A DNA stretch of 64,000 nucleotides from Raillietiella orientalis (Eukaryota), in the NCBI GenBank assembly GCA_036172245.1, contig JAYWIR010000003.1, positions 7,316,001-7,380,000 of the forward strand, given 5' to 3'. Shown here one piece after another: positions 28,482 through 42,299 of this stretch. The notes under the pieces are model-generated. The model had not been told where the DNA came from. It did not search any database and saw only the letters and a list, made by a program, of their open reading frames with translations. Both the position numbers and the translations under genes were made by a program. How positions within the stretch are numbered: the stretch's first letter is position 1; the number at the start of each line of letters is the position of its first letter.

Positions 28482-31400
28482 AGTCGTCTGAAGTCGTCTT
28501 TCTGGAAGCGGAGAGTTCAGGAGGAGGAATTCGGTAGCTGGCGAAGACTAGAAGGACCAGGGAGATGATTCCTTTACAGCGTCCTCCTCCAGTCAAACCA
28601 GTTGCCAGGAACCGACAGCGCCTACGATCCCCTGAGGTCGCTGGGCCATGAAAGACAAGTGAGGGAGACGCATGACGAATCGCGTTGCGCGTTGTTCATC
28701 CGCAGCTCACTCTGAGCCAATAATGAACTGCGGATGCTGGGTCGCCGTCGCAAGAGGTGCAAGAGCGTGAGCGCCGCTGCGCTCGAGGGTTGAGCACGAG
28801 CTTGAGATGAGCGCAGGTGGGAACGCAGCTGAGCATCTGTCCACATAGAGGGAATGTACTGATCAGGACATCTCTGCTCTCCCGCTGTGGGAGTCTTCAT
28901 CGATTTTGCGAGATTTTCTGATGCCAAAAAGCTCTCGGACGATAATTCCAGGAAGTTAAACTGTTTAGAAGCGATTCTCCTTCGTTCATCTTTCTCTGGT
29001 TTACTCAACGCCATTCCCAACGATCACTTTTTGGGGGACATCTCACAAAGCGACGGATGGAACATGAACGTGTTCCATTAGTCAGCAAAACGCAGCTAAG
29101 ATCAGCTCGGAACCTAGCCATGATAACCGCGCACATTCGGAGCTCCTGTCACTTCATGCATCTTCAGGAAGTCCCCAAATCGAACCCTCTGGGAGTGTTT
29201 AGGGATTTTTCGGCCCAGCCAAATGACAGCCTACGTTGGGTGGACTCCGGCGGAACGGGTACTCCCATCAGCTTCGGGTCCAAACATCTTCCAGAGCGCT
29301 GTCGCCTCCATGGCATTCGCGTCCAGTTGCATTGCTAGGGAGCCTCATCCCTTTTGCTGGGGTCACAGCGCTATTTCTCATGAGTTCCAGGACTTCATGC
29401 TTCCCCTTCCCTGCGCATCCGATTCTGCTCTCCTTCCCACCCTCAGGACTGCTCCTGGTGCCATCGTCGGGTCCTCTCAAGGCACCTGTTGGAGGCTTCG
29501 CGGAGTTCGTTTCCGCTTCCTGGCAGCTCACCGTAGAGACAGTTCCCTGCCATCACACCGTGGTCCGACGGATGCGTTCGGAGAGAAAGAAGTGCAAGGA
29601 GAGTGCAAGCCACCCTGGGGGGTGATCCCGTCGAACCGGAGGGAAGAAAGACATAGAAGGACAAAGAAGGGTTCAGGGATTGGGAGGCTTTCCGTTCTCT
29701 CTTACCGGAGACCGAAGAAGAGTCTATTGAAAGATTGGGGGGGAATTGAAGAAGAACTCGCTGACGTCCCCGATGATGTGCGTGGAGAACATTCGACGGA
29801 ATTTGCCTTCCTCTGCCCGTGAGCGAAAGTGAAGCACAGATCTCAACAGAAGAAGAACGAAGTAGAAACGAGCGCATCCAGTTTCAGGATGCTCTCACGA
29901 GGATGGCATCAGGCATTCTCAGCTGCTCAGAACATGAGCAAAGACTGTTCCAGATGCCAAGAAGCTGCGGCTGACATTCGTTCGAAGGGTTTGGAACTTT
30001 TTCGAAGTGTCTGGCGGGTTCCGTGAGGAAAGAAGCCATCCTCATTTTGCCGATGCTTGGCAGCTGGTCATTCGGGTGGCATTGCTGCTGCTTCAGGTGG
30101 ATGTCGGTTCGATTCTCCGTCGCTGACTGCTTTCGGAGGGGATCAGGACCAGAAAAAGACTTGTTGAACTAGGGCTCTGGGCACATCACTGTGCTCCGCG
30201 GTCCCACCACGTGTGCGGCTGCAATCCATTTTCAGATCCGGCGGTCACTCACTCTCGTGGACCCGTGCGTGGGAAGACATATCGTGGCGCGCTGGCTCGT
30301 AGTCTGTTGCTCAAGAAGTCCTTATTCCGGGTACCATTTTACGCTGAAATGGGATGCATGTGCAGCTGAGCATAAAACCTCCATCCCCAACAGCAGCGCT
30401 GGGGCGCTCGTCTGAGTTCCTCAGAGCTGAAGAAGTGGTGCCCTTGGGTGGAGAACTTGCCTCTCCTGATCGCAGAGTGTTACAGAGGAGCAGCGACTTC
30501 CGTTGGTGTTTTTCACACTTTCCTGCTGCCGTAAGGATGTTTGCTGGAGACCTCAACATGGAGTCTCCTCGTGCCTGTCGTGAAAGAGTTCGCCATTCCT
30601 CAGCCCGGTGCTACAAGCCCGCTGTACTGCTGCATCTCGCTGCTGCCGAGTACCACACCTGGCAACATGGGTATCCATCGCTCCGAAAGGAAAAGGGGCG
30701 TACCAGGAGATGGTCCTCGGAGTGTAGAACTCAGTCGTGAGTTCGTTTGTGAGGTGCGATCGACATCCTCAGGCAACGACCCTGCAAGCCAAGGGCGCGT
30801 TTGCCTCGCACTGCTTCCGTGCATCCCTCTTCGCTGGTGAGATGGGGGAGCAAGCAGATCGCTCTCCTCCGGGCCACGCCTGCGCGCAGAACTCGCCCCG
30901 GAGCAGCTTTTCGTCATGTAACCCTGGGATTCGGTTGCTGAGCGATGCGATCCTTTCGCTACCTTCTTGAATCCCGAGGCATCCTCTTGCCTGGCAGGGG
31001 AGGCAACTTCCACGGAAGAGTCTCCTGGACCTTGGAGCCCAAGGAGCTTCCTATGGGTGCGCGCGCTCATCCCCGACGTTCCTATCGAACGGAACGGCTG
31101 AGATAAGCGGCCCTCTTTCGCGAGCCAACTGCTGTCGCCATGTGTGCGAACGCAGATGACGGCAGAGAGGCGCTCCTAAAGGGAAGCGGATAAAGAAGCC
31201 GCGGACCCGATCGCACGCTCTCCAGATTCCCAGACAAAGGCTAGGTCGGCACCTCTACGTTGCGTCTGAGCAAACACGACTCTCTGGAGTGGCTTCTGAC
31301 CTTGAAGGTGGCGGTGGGAGTGCGGGGAGGGAGCGACTCGCCAGCCGGGAACGGAGCAAGGTGCTAACGCAGCGGTTCTTCCTGGTCAGCGTGGGCCCCC

Positions 31401-31899
31401 TCCCAGAAAAAGACGAGCAGGAGCCGCTCGCAGGGGAACCCTGTGCGAGGGAAGTATGGGGGCATCCCCGCCTGGAAGCTGTTTGCGTGCCTGCGCCAAC
31501 AGCCGCCGCGAGCGCACCACGGGAGACGACCGGAAGGCACGACTTCCCGCGATCCCTGAAAAGGGATGGTCGAGATTCCGGGAGGCAGCCGGCTCGCGGA
31601 CGCGCACGGACAAGAAAGCACTCCTTCCTCCTGAGGATCGCGTCCAGCACGGGTCCGAGAGTGGGACGTTCCCCACTTGGGGAACACGCCTCCCGAATAC
31701 AAACTGGCTTCCCTGATTGCAGCCCGTGTAAGCAAAGGGCGCATGTGGCCGAGGCTGCTCAATCGGAGTAAATCGCCTTTGTTTGAGAGAGAGAGAGAGG
31801 AAGAAAGAAGAAAAGAAGAAGAGAACTCCATCCTTATCATTGTGACGTCAGGAGAAGTTGGTTTTCATGGTGACGTTTGTTTTCTATGAGACTACTAAG

Positions 31900-32800
31900 A
31901 AGGCTGGAGGTGGGATGTCCTCCCCTCTCCCTCGTTGTGGGCCCCAGTCGACTCCCAAGCGAAGCTGCTGCTCGCTTATTCCTTCCCGCTGGTCGCTCTA
32001 CTCCCCGCAGCGCTCGAGTCGCCGCGCATCTCGCGGAAACCCTGCCGAAAGAGACCTTCATCGTGCCGGATCTTCGCGAGCCTCCTGGAGCGGGACAGGT
32101 GCTCTTTCGCGATCTCCTGCCTGCTTGCCTCCCCCTCCTCCTTCACAGAAGAACGGACTCCATCTGTCGGTCAGGGACGCTCCCTGACAATAAAATTCGG
32201 CGCGTCTCTCCCTGGTGTTCCGCCAATATGTTCGCCATGGTGTTGACTCCTTTGCTGGCGCGAAGGCGCCTCGAACCGTCATTCGCCAGCGGGGTTCCTC
32301 TGCTCTCAAATGGCTGGAATAGTGGAGCTAGGGTCGGAGATTTGCTTCTCCTGGCACGTCTGACCTCGTCTTGCAAGGTGCTTCGAAGGTGATCTTCAGG
32401 GCGCAGCACTGTGTCGTGGGTCGGTCCGTTGGCTCCTCGCGCGGTCGCGCGCAGAGCGACCTGCGGGAGGCTCTCAAAAGAGGGAAACTCCTTAGGGAAT
32501 ATGCCGTTCCTGGAACGCTTCATCCCGGACCTCCTTCCAGGTTTCCGCTTCGGTGACCAGAAAACCACTATCAAGGAGCTGCCGGGATTCTGTTTTGATG
32601 AGAAAGCTCCCGGGCCGGAGGAAAAAACGATTGACGTTTCTCTTGCAAGACACAGGGCGGAAACGAAGGCATCGCGTAGTCAGTCTCGTAGGAAGTGACC
32701 TTTGCCAACCCCGCCGCGCTTGGCGCCACTTTCTGAGCCGCTCGGCACGCCGCGTCAAGGCGACGGACGCGCTTCTCGCCCTGCCTCGCGTCCCGAGAGG
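31900..32800 (+). mobile_element. Possible decayed tyrosine-recombinase domain of a DIRS-type element
   Basis: LLSNGWNSGARVGDLLLL resembles YR box I (LLxxxxxxRxSELxxL); the surrounding frames are broken. Confidence 0.3.
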
Positions 32801-33999
32801 AAGAGAGGCAGCAGGAACAAAGATTCTCGTGGGAAACCCTGGTTCGCTGCCTCCTCAGGAGACCTGGCGAGCCTCGCAGGGGCGCTTTCGCGCCCACGGT
32901 GCGCTGCCGCGCTCCATCTGTCCCGCCGAGCGAGGCCTCCGTCCGCACTCTGCCAACGGGGCCCGTGGCAGCGAAAACTCGCGGAATGAACCGAGGCCGA
33001 TAAGATGGGACCTCAAAGATAATGCGAAGGGACCTTGTAGGTTGCCAAAACAAAGGTTCTGGGGCTGCACACAACAGCTGATGCCGTGTACAGCTCCAGG
33101 ACCTCAGTGCAGGAGTATTCCGGAACGAAAACCCAGCCTTCTCCGCCCTGTGAGTCCTGCAAGTCTTCTCTGCCCGGGATCTACGCGCTGCCCTTGCCGC
33201 CGCCGAGTTCTAGCAACAGCTCTGATCACGCTTTGGCAGCACGCGATGAGGAAGGAGGGAGGGAGGGAGGGAGACTCTGGCGCAGGCGCGCTGGGGCCAT
33301 GTCGCAAGCATCGTTCCCTTTTTTTTTTGTCTTTCTCGGTTCCTTACTTTATCGCGGGTGCGCTTTCAAGGCGCGAGCGAGTGGGAGTGATGCAACATCG
33401 CTATCGCCATATCCGATAACGTACTGCTCGCACGAAAGTCGAGGAAGGAGGACGGAAGGGAAGATCGACTTGCGCGCGGAGTCACCTCCCTCATCCGAAA
33501 TGGTCCAGGGGGGCGTCCGGCGGAGACCGTAGACGGAAATGAATGTCGCTGTTGCGCAGAAGTCGGTGCTCGTCCGAGTTGCGTGGCCGGGAGGCCGGTG
33601 GGCAGCGCCCGTAAGCGGTTACGGGTGACTGCTGCCTGGAAGCGAGCAGGAGGCCAATCCACGGCGGCGGTGACGCACCTTGCGTGGGCAGGGAGGGAGG
33701 GAAGTAGACGGGGAAGGGGAAGAGAATCGGCACTGATGCCGCTTAACGCACGGAGTAGCGCAAGCGCACGTGGGGCGCCCCGGAAACCCGTGTGGGCAGC
33801 AGCAACAGCCACATGCGTAGGGGTGGCGGCGGGCGACCATGCCTCGGCCCACTGCTTGCCCCCTGAAATTCTCTTCCGGCTGCAAACAGAGGATCTTGCG
33901 GGTTTGGGGGTCCCGCACGCCAGTCGGGGCCTGGAAGTGGGTTGGACAGGATGACGAGGGCAGGCGGTGGGCACGGAAGAATGAAAGCGCTGGAAGAGA

Positions 34000-36900
34000 A
34001 TGACGACGTGGGTAGCGGAGGTGGACCGCAAAGCCGGGCACAGGTAAGTACACCGTGCAGCGTGAGATCGAGCGAAAGAAGTGGACCGCGAATCGCGGAT
34101 CACGTGGAAGGACGGGACGGAGGCTGAAGATGGTGTGTTGGAGGTGGCGCGCGTGGCAGAAGGTGGACGCATGATAACGAGAATGCACGTCTACTTTCGA
34201 GATACGAGGACAGAAGTGAAGACAGAAGTGGACATGGATTGCCCAGGGGAAAGGGGTAGGCAGTGGTGGGGAACGGAGGAGAGCGGAGCAGCAGCCGCGG
34301 GTCAGTCAGGAAGGGAGCGCGTGCGCGGGTGTTGCCGGGTGACGCGACGGCGCGTGGTGTGCTGCGGAGGTCTGAGCCCACCACTCATCGGTCCTCTTTC
34401 TCTTCCTTCCTCTTCCTGCAATCAGGTTCCAGCACTCGAGGTGGCAGACCGTGGTGGTGGTGGTGGCCATGATGGCCTGCTGCCTGGTGATATCGGTGAC
34501 CCTTGGTCTCGGCGTGTCCCGGATCCGCGACCGCGACCTGCAGTACCAGGAGTTCAAGCAGATGTTTTCGAAGAATCCCTCTCCCCTCAAGAAGTTCTCG
34601 AGAGCCGCCGTCAGCGGGGACGCCGGCGCATGCGTGGACACAGCGAAGTAAAAACATGACCTGGCGTCGGAAGTCGCCATCTTCCTCACTTTCTCCTTCT
34701 CCCCTTCTCATCCACCTCCTTCTTGCACATCCTTCGTTTCTTTCGCTTATTCTCCCTCGCCCCTCCCCCCTCCGGTCTTGCTTGCTTCCCCTACACCTTC
34801 CTACTCACAGTTCCATCCTGGAAGAGGGAGGCAATGCGGTGGACGCCACTGTGGCCGGACTTCTGTGCAGCGGCTTGGAGAACCCTCACCTCAGCGGGCT
34901 AGGAGGTGGCCTGCTGATGGTCATCTACAACCGCAAGGAAAAGAAGGCGGTCGTCCTGGACGCCCTCGAGAGCGCCCCGTTAACCATTAGCGAGACCAGC
35001 CTCCAGAAGAACTGCAGCATCTGGAAAGGTGCGTGCACGAGCGCGCTTGCATCCCAGCTTCCTCCGGCTGCAGAGAGCTCCCCCCAATAGGGGTCAGCAG
35101 CAGCCGCGCCTCTCGGACTGCCCCGCCTGTGTCCCCTACCTTCGTCCGCTCCGTGCCGCGGGGACGCCCGCACCGCCAGGCAGTCGCACGTGCGCGCGGC
35201 GGCAGGGTCGGCTAGACGTCCTGATGGGGGTAGTGAGGTCACCGTGCCCTTCACTGCCCTCCCAGCTGCTCACAGGAAAAGCTCTGCCCTCCCGATGATG
35301 CCGCGGAGGCGCACAGGTTACCGCCGTAATTTATCCACGCAGGTCCCCTGAACATCGCGGTGCCCGGTCTGGTTAAAGGCCTCTGGGAGGCCCACCGGAA
35401 GTTCGGAAAGCTGCCATGGGAGCGTCTAGTCTCCCCCTCCGTCTCCATGTGCGAACAAGGGGTGGTTGTAGGCGATCGCCTGTCCAAGGCGCTCGCCCAT
35501 GGCTTGCTCAAGGACTCTTCGGGAAACCTCAGGCAAGTTCTCTCCCACCCGCCTCACTCGGGAGAGCTGCCTCTCCTCTCTGAGGACCGGAGCATGCCCG
35601 GAGGGTACCTTCCTGGCAAGTTCCTTCCTCTTTCAAGGGAGACCCTTCGTCTTTCCCCTATTCGTCGGAGAGTTCCCATGGGGACCAGCGGGAGTTCGTA
35701 GGCCCAGCACTGCGCAGCAAGGGCAGTCCTCGGAGCCCTTCCGGGGCATCCGGTAGTCCCCAGTAGTCGGCTAATCCTTGGTCTACGTGAGCGCTTCCTG
35801 TTTCTCTCCGGAAGCTGCCTCTCTTCCTTTCCGTCCTGACCCGTTCCTCCTCTCCGAGCTGACCACCATCTGTAAGCTAACTCCGTCTTCTCCCCAGAGC
35901 ACTTTTCCTGAGCAACGGAACGCAAAAGATGCTGTCTCAAGGAAACCGCATTTTTTTCCCGAGGATGGCTGCCACCCTGCGGAGCATCGCCGCCAGGGGC
36001 GCGGACGCGTTCTACACGGGAAACGTCGCCGACAAGCTGCTGTCGGACCTGAAACTCAGCGGGTCCCAAATCAGCCGTGGGGACCTGGAAGGCTACAGGT
36101 TTGCCCGCCTCGCGTCCAAGAGAGGAAGAAAGAGAGGAACAGCAGGGGATTCCTGAGGACACAGGGAAAGAGGGGAGGTGGGAAATCGGTTCGCTTTCTC
36201 CGCCGAGCGAACGGGAGCATCTCCCGTATCTGCACTGGTTCCCGGGCAGCGAGCTCTAAGGGAGCACTTCATTGCTCCCCTTTCGAGAAGAGGGGGCTTT
36301 GTCCCGGGGGATCTACAGGAAAATGGAGGTGGATGGCCCCTGCGGAGTAGGAAAGGTGACGGCTGGAGAAGGCGTTCCTATTCTCCAGCGGGTGGTGCAG
36401 GAGACCAGGAGCGGAATGGGCGATGGAGAGACGGAAGGGAAAAAGGATGAAGATGAAGTGCAGTTGCTCCAGATGTTGGTGGCGGCGGCGAGAAAGACGG
36501 CTTTAGTGAAGAGGAAGAGGTGGAAGAGTGGAAGAGAGGAAAAAGAAAGACGTCCAGGAAAAACCCGAGAGGCTGATTCCAGGTGCCCTTTTGTGATCTC
36601 TTCCTTCCAACCGTGGTCTGAGGCTGAGAAACAATCTTGAAAAACCCATGGAGCGAATCTGAGCACGAAAAATCTGGAGTGACGTAAGGGGTCGGGATGA
36701 CCTCACTCACGTCGCCACCACCGTTCCGGTGGTCCATTCGCCCGACTCCGAAGGAATGAATTTTTTTCCTCCATGGAGAACGGCTGAACCTGGAGCTCTC
36801 GGGGGTGCAGGTAGCCTTCCAATGGAGCTTCTCCATCCGTCTCACGCTCCCGAAAGCGCTCTCCGGAATCCGTCCTCTCATTCTTTCTCTCAGGTCTCCT

Positions 36901-39900
36901 CCTTCTCCCCTCTCGCGCATCATGTCTGTAAGGAACAGCCGTCTCGATTCCAGGGCAGTGTGGCGGGAGCCGATCAGGGTCAACTTCCAAGAGCTGACCA
37001 TGTTTGCCCCTCCTTCCCCGGGCAGCGGCGCTGTGCTGGCCTTCGCCCTGTCCATGTTCTCCAAATACTGCAGACGAGAGGAGTTTGCCAGCAGCCGTCT
37101 GGAAGAGCTCGTAGACCAGTTCGTCCTGTACTACCACCGGCTCTCCGAAGTTCTCAAGTTCGCTTACGCCCAGAGGACGTTCCTGGGAGATCCCGACTTT
37201 TCGCAGATACCACAGGTGAGAGGAGCTCACAGGAGCAGCAGCCGCCGCCACGGGGACAGTCCTCTTCCAGGAAATCGAGAAGAAGCTCGCCGATGACGAT
37301 TTCCTGGCCGAGCAAGAGAGGAAAATCAGCGACTCGCAGACCTTTGACCCTGCGTACTACATGCTGAACTTCTCCCAGCCGGAAGACGGGGAAAAGTCGA
37401 TCCTGACAGTTCTAGATGAAGAAGGGAACGCGGTGTCCGCCGTCTCCAGCCTGTACCTGCTGTAAGTGGCCTTCCCAGGACCTGCAGAGCCATCGGAACC
37501 AGAGGTCAGAGCCGCTCTGGCACATCAGATAGTGAAGCGCGTAGGCGTTTCACCGACACTCCGAGTAAGCGGCGCGACCCGGCACGGCCTCTGGCATGCG
37601 ACCCGAACCGCACGGATCGCGCGCCAGCTACGCTCTTTGCACTCTGCCGTTGCTGCGCTCCGGGAGGCTACCGCATAGTCAGCACCTCCCAAGATTCCCT
37701 TCCGGAGACGGCTGGGACCCCTCGCGACGCCGTCGTCACCCTTGAAACGGAAGTACGGACGTGTCCTTTCGCAGCAAAAGGATTTCGCTTCTGGAGATTT
37801 GACCTTTAGTAAAGGATCGGGTCTGCTCCGTCCAGGCGATCCTCCGTTTCCACCCTCCACCTCCGACCTCCTCGCCTCCACTTCTTCCGGATCTTCCTCT
37901 GAAGGACTCTCGTAAATTCCATTTGCTCGACAAGCTTCCTTCCTGCCTGCTGCTCGACACACAGGCGTCCTGACGAACTCACTCTGTAGCTGCTGCGAAT
38001 CCCGCGAGCCGACGACTTTCGTCCTTGAGGAGAAGATGTCCGTCCGGAAGGACGAATTCAGGCAGAAGATGAAGAGGCCAGGAAAAAAGAAGGAACAATG
38101 CCAGAAATGCGCACAGAGCACTTCGAGGGCGCCCCCGGAGAGATAGCGGCAAGAGAGACTGAGCTGGTGAGTGGTGGTCGCTGGGTGCTTCCGTAGCGCC
38201 AACGGGACGTCACACGATACCGGGAAAGGAAGGCACCAAGCTCTGCCGCGAAGGAAGGAGGAGCGGAGGAAGGAAATCCTTCCATGGGAGCTCGCTCTTT
38301 GACACGTAGCGTGCTCCGTGCACACCCTTGGCTCCCTCCAGTGACTCCGTCTCGGGATCGAGCTCCAACCAGGCCAAACCCGCGCATCCAGACTCGGAAA
38401 TCGCAGAGCTATTCTTTTACACACCAACGTCCGCGCGCTGAAAATAAGCGCCCGATCCTCTTCCTCCCCCCAGATGCGTCCGGAGCGCTCCAGCACCAGG
38501 CGGCCAGAGCGAACCGAGGCCAGAAGAGCCGACTTAAGGAGCAGGCGCTGGTGCTCCCGCCCTTCCTCTTCCTGAGAATTCTCTTGCTCCCCCTCTGTAA
38601 CCAGCATTGCTTTCCGGCCGCGGTCCTTTGCCAATCCCCTCTCCCCCGGCCGGTAAAGACGTTTAGAGATTCCCGCTTGTCCTGCCTTGTGCACGGGCAA
38701 TATCGTAGGCGAGGACGCGTGCGGAGCCGCAATTCTTGCCAGTTCAAAACTCCCCCCGGCCAGCCTTGCAGCCTCCCATTACTCCCTTTCCTTCCCCTTC
38801 CGAATCGGCAGACAGGAAGTTCACGAAGGGAGGGCGTAGAGGAAACCCCTGTCATTTTCGTGCTGAACCTCGTCCTCCTGCCAGCCTTCCTTTTCCAGAC
38901 CGGGCAAGATATGGTACTCTCCCTCCACCGGGATATTGCTGAGCAGCAGGATGCTGACCTTCTCGGATGCCCTGGGGAAGAGGAGCTACTCCCCGAGTCC
39001 CAATAACTACATGGCTCCGGGAAAGCGACCTTTGTCTTCTGCTTGCCCGGTGGTGTACGTGGACGGCGAAGGGGAGGTTCGATTCGTAGCGGCCTCCTCC
39101 GCAGGGACTGAGAGCATCGCGGACGTGGCCCAGGTGCGTGCGTGCTTGCGCGCGCGCGAGAGGGGGAACCCCTGGAGCGGCTGGAGGGCGCTTGGGTGAG
39201 TGCGACGTCGTGTAGGCGGTGGTGGTGGAGAGGTGGTAGGGAACCTGCGTTCCCGAGATAAGCACCCTTCCCTAAGATTCGTCCGTCCCCATCGGGCCGG
39301 TTCCGTATCCCATCCGCCGCTCTTCTTGCACCCTTTCTGGACCTGGAGGTCGCGGTTCTCCAAGCAGATCTTCTGCGTGGTCGCGGCTGCCGTTCCCGCA
39401 CGGAACTCTCTCGCGAGAGGGCGGCATTAGAAGGGCGAAACTTCACGCAGATGTCCTGCTTTCCCCCTTGGATCCGCTTCCCTCTCGCTGGGGTGGGAGA
39501 GCGCCTCACTCGCGGAGCAAAGGAGTCTGCGAATGTCATGGAAATGTAAGGGAAGGAGGAAGAAGGAAGGGAGGAAGAAGACGTTGAGCACCTTTGGTTG
39601 ACTTCCCGCTTTGCGCGCGTAGCCGGAAAGCCAATGAACTGCACTTCCCTCCGTGCCGAAAGATACCAGTAAGCTCCGGAGAGGAGGTTACCAGGTAACG
39701 AGAGCAGGACCCTCAGGCAGAAAACGAACGCTTCCGCACATCGTCTTCGTCCGCGAACTCCTTGTCCTCCGCCACTCCGAACTGCTTCCCGGCGGGTCAT
39801 CTTCTGCGAATGAGCAAAACCCGAAAAACTGCCCTCCATTCGCTGGTAGGCTCCTCCCGCACGACAGCGACCGGGACACTTTCATTCTCCCCTTCGACGA

Positions 39901-41265
39901 CAGGAGGAGAGAAAAACTTCATCCGGGGCGCCTTTTGGACCAAAATGCGGGAGGTAAACGGGGTATCTTCGCTCCGAGAGCTCTTCGCTGACTTCCCTCT
40001 CGGCGCCGCAGGGAGACTTGGAACTGTCCCAGACTGTTGCCAGTGCGACTGCGGCGCAAGGCTGCGTCAGGACGGACGCACGCCGGGACACGCGCGCCTC
40101 ATGCAGTGCTAGGGGGAGGGAATGTCAGGTGGGCTGCTGCGCTACCCTTGGAGAACGCTTGTAAATACAAGCTGGAACAGATAAGTGAACGGGGACCGGG
40201 AAATGTCTTGGGAGCTGGGCCGGTTTGCGTGCGGCGAAGGGGTCATGATGACCGTCCGCGAGTGAGGTGGCACAATGCCTCACAAGAGGGAAAAGATGTC
40301 CGAGGTACGAGGGAGTTACGAAGCTCTGCAGAGACCGCGCGTCCAGCAGCCGAGTATCCGCTCATCGCTCGAGCAGCGAAGAGGACGTCGACCGGGGGCT
40401 GCTACCGACCCGGTGGACGACGACGGCCGTACTTGAGCGCGGCCTCAGCTCCCTCCACCTGCCGGTAGCAGCGCGCGCGTCGGTGCCTCGCGCATCGCCC
40501 ACGGCGAACGCACGGCAAACGCGTAGGACGGGATTTTCTCCCAGATGTCCCCATAGCGTCCGTCCTGTTCTTTTTCCCGGAATCCTCTTCCTTGCTCCTG
40601 AGCGCACCTCTCCTTCGGGAACGGCTCGTGATTTATCTGCACCCTCCTTCCAGCTGTCTATCTTGAGGATGTGCTACGGAACGGATCTCAGGAAGGCCAT
40701 CGACACTCCGGTGATCCGTCAGCATCTGGACCCCATCGGTCTGCGATACGAGAGGAAGCTGTGGACCGTGAGTGCATGCTCGAACGCTACCGGCACGACC
40801 GCCTCCGCGTCCCACGCGCAGCTCGGGGGCGGGGTCGCGAGGAAGCCCCAACGTCCTGCCGGCCGTGCACTCCCAGGACTCTTCCCGGAGCTGGAGCTGG
40901 CGGGAAGGGAGAGAGAGAGAAGAAAAACTTTCTTCATCCCTTCCTTGCGCGCTTGCATTTAGAGGAGTCCGGGGGCCGCTTCCGAAGGAGGCGGGAAACA
41001 AGAAAGAAGAAGATTCCTCCCTGCGCTTCCTCTTGCGGTTTTGCCGCGGAGGTGCGTGTTGCCCGAGGACGCGCGGCGGACTTCCTTCCACCTTCTTCTT
41101 TCTATCCTCCAGGAGATCGTCAAGGGACTGACCAAGAAGGGTCACAACTTATCCGAGGATCCCGCTCACCTTTTTGGCGGAACGTGCAGCATCCTGAAGG
41201 TGGACTCCTCGCATATCTGGGCAGCTTCAGATGCAAGACTTGGTGGGCATGTCTCCGGCATGTGA
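34000..41265 (+). CDS. Gamma-glutamyltranspeptidase (glutathione hydrolase)-family type II membrane protein, 609 aa, predicted catalytically inactive
   Basis: Ten phase-consistent exons: 34000-34043, 34426-34647, 34811-35028, 35343-35532 (GC donor), 35898-36098, 36954-37215, 37271-37461, 38899-39133, 40654-40767, 41113-41265; total 1830 nt with no internal stop. N-terminal TM anchor; ILEEGGNAVDA, SGLGGG, IAVPGLVKGLWEAHRKFGKLPW, FYTG, PPSPGSG, KFAYAQRTFLGDPDF, PGKRPLSS, AASDAR. The start exon is less certain than the rest. Confidence 0.92.
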
Positions 41266-42299
41266 GCCCAACCTTTCTCTCCACTCTTCCTGAAGGGAAG
41301 GGTCAGGAGTTTCTTACAATCCTGGTGGAATTACACGGCCAGGGTTCCTGGGCTAAGAAATGTTTACCGGTCACTTCTCGGGAAGGGAGGGAAAAAGAGC
41401 AAGTTCTTCGTGTTCCTCGCTCGCTTCTTCTCGCCCCTTCCCATCTGCTCCTGAAACGCGGACCGAAACTGCGACAGAAAATTCCCATCCTGTCGCTCCC
41501 TTCGCCGGCCGCTCCCTCACTCTTTTCTCCCGTCCTCCCGACTGCAGGCCTTTCTCTTGGATTTCCATCCCAGGAGGAGGCTGCGTTGCTAGTGAAAGGA
41601 GCATTAATCAGGAGAAAAGAAGGTAGAGAAGGGAGGGAAAGTAGAAGGAAGAGGATAAGGAGCTGTTGGATCCGACCTCGAGAAAGAGATCCAGCAGATG
41701 GAGGATTGTGCGCATGTGGCTTTGAGATGCGAGCAGGAGACGCCTTCCAACCCAGGTGACGCACCTTGAAAGGTGAAGTCGGGCCTGTTGCCAACGAACT
41801 TCCATCCAACCCTCCGGCCGGATGAAGAAGAAATTCAGAGCTCCCTGGCAGCTCCCGCGTCGCAGCAACCTCAGCGGAGCGCGAGACACTCGGTTGGCAC
41901 TCTTGACGACGGGAAGGCGCCTTCCTGGTCTTCGTTGGTCGCGTGACCAAAAGCAACTCTGGTTTCCTCCCAGACACTCGACAAGTCGAGCACAACTGTC
42001 GACAGCCCAGAGCCACCTGAGAGGTCATCGTATATGCCCTTGAGGCATTACCACGAAACGCGTTCTGCTGAGCTGGGAAAGAAGCATCTCTAGCGACTTG
42101 TCCGATCTTTTCTGACGCCTTCGAGGGTGACCCTAAAGAGTAGGCGTGTACGAAAGAGCCAGGTAACGCTGGCAAGGAAGGCAACGCCTAGGATACGGTC
42201 ATCGCCTCTTGCAACGAGAGTGGCAAAAAGCGATGAACTCGGATGATGGCATCACCAGTAGCGACAACGGCGGCGTAGAGGCCGTGGCGTCCTCGTCAT

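Larger units (their letters stand above)
25100..30300. mobile_element. Rearranged, decayed DIRS-type (tyrosine-recombinase) retrotransposon fragments
   Basis: Degenerate motifs PPLWGKRLREF (like VGGRLxxF) and FNRLFFGLRQEENGKPIPQ (like FYSxLFxVxKxxGxxRPILN) in both inverted-repeat arms and again at about 29640-29790 (-). KQFNFLEL (like RNase H HINxLEL) near 28960 (-). Many stops and frameshifts; boundaries approximate. Confidence 0.55.

Noticed and set aside
37525..39839. Long minus-strand ORFs (391 aa and 476 aa) and similar Arg/Pro/Gly-rich ORFs throughout the window
   Set aside because: Low-complexity shadows of GC-rich introns or antisense to real exons; no domain motifs.
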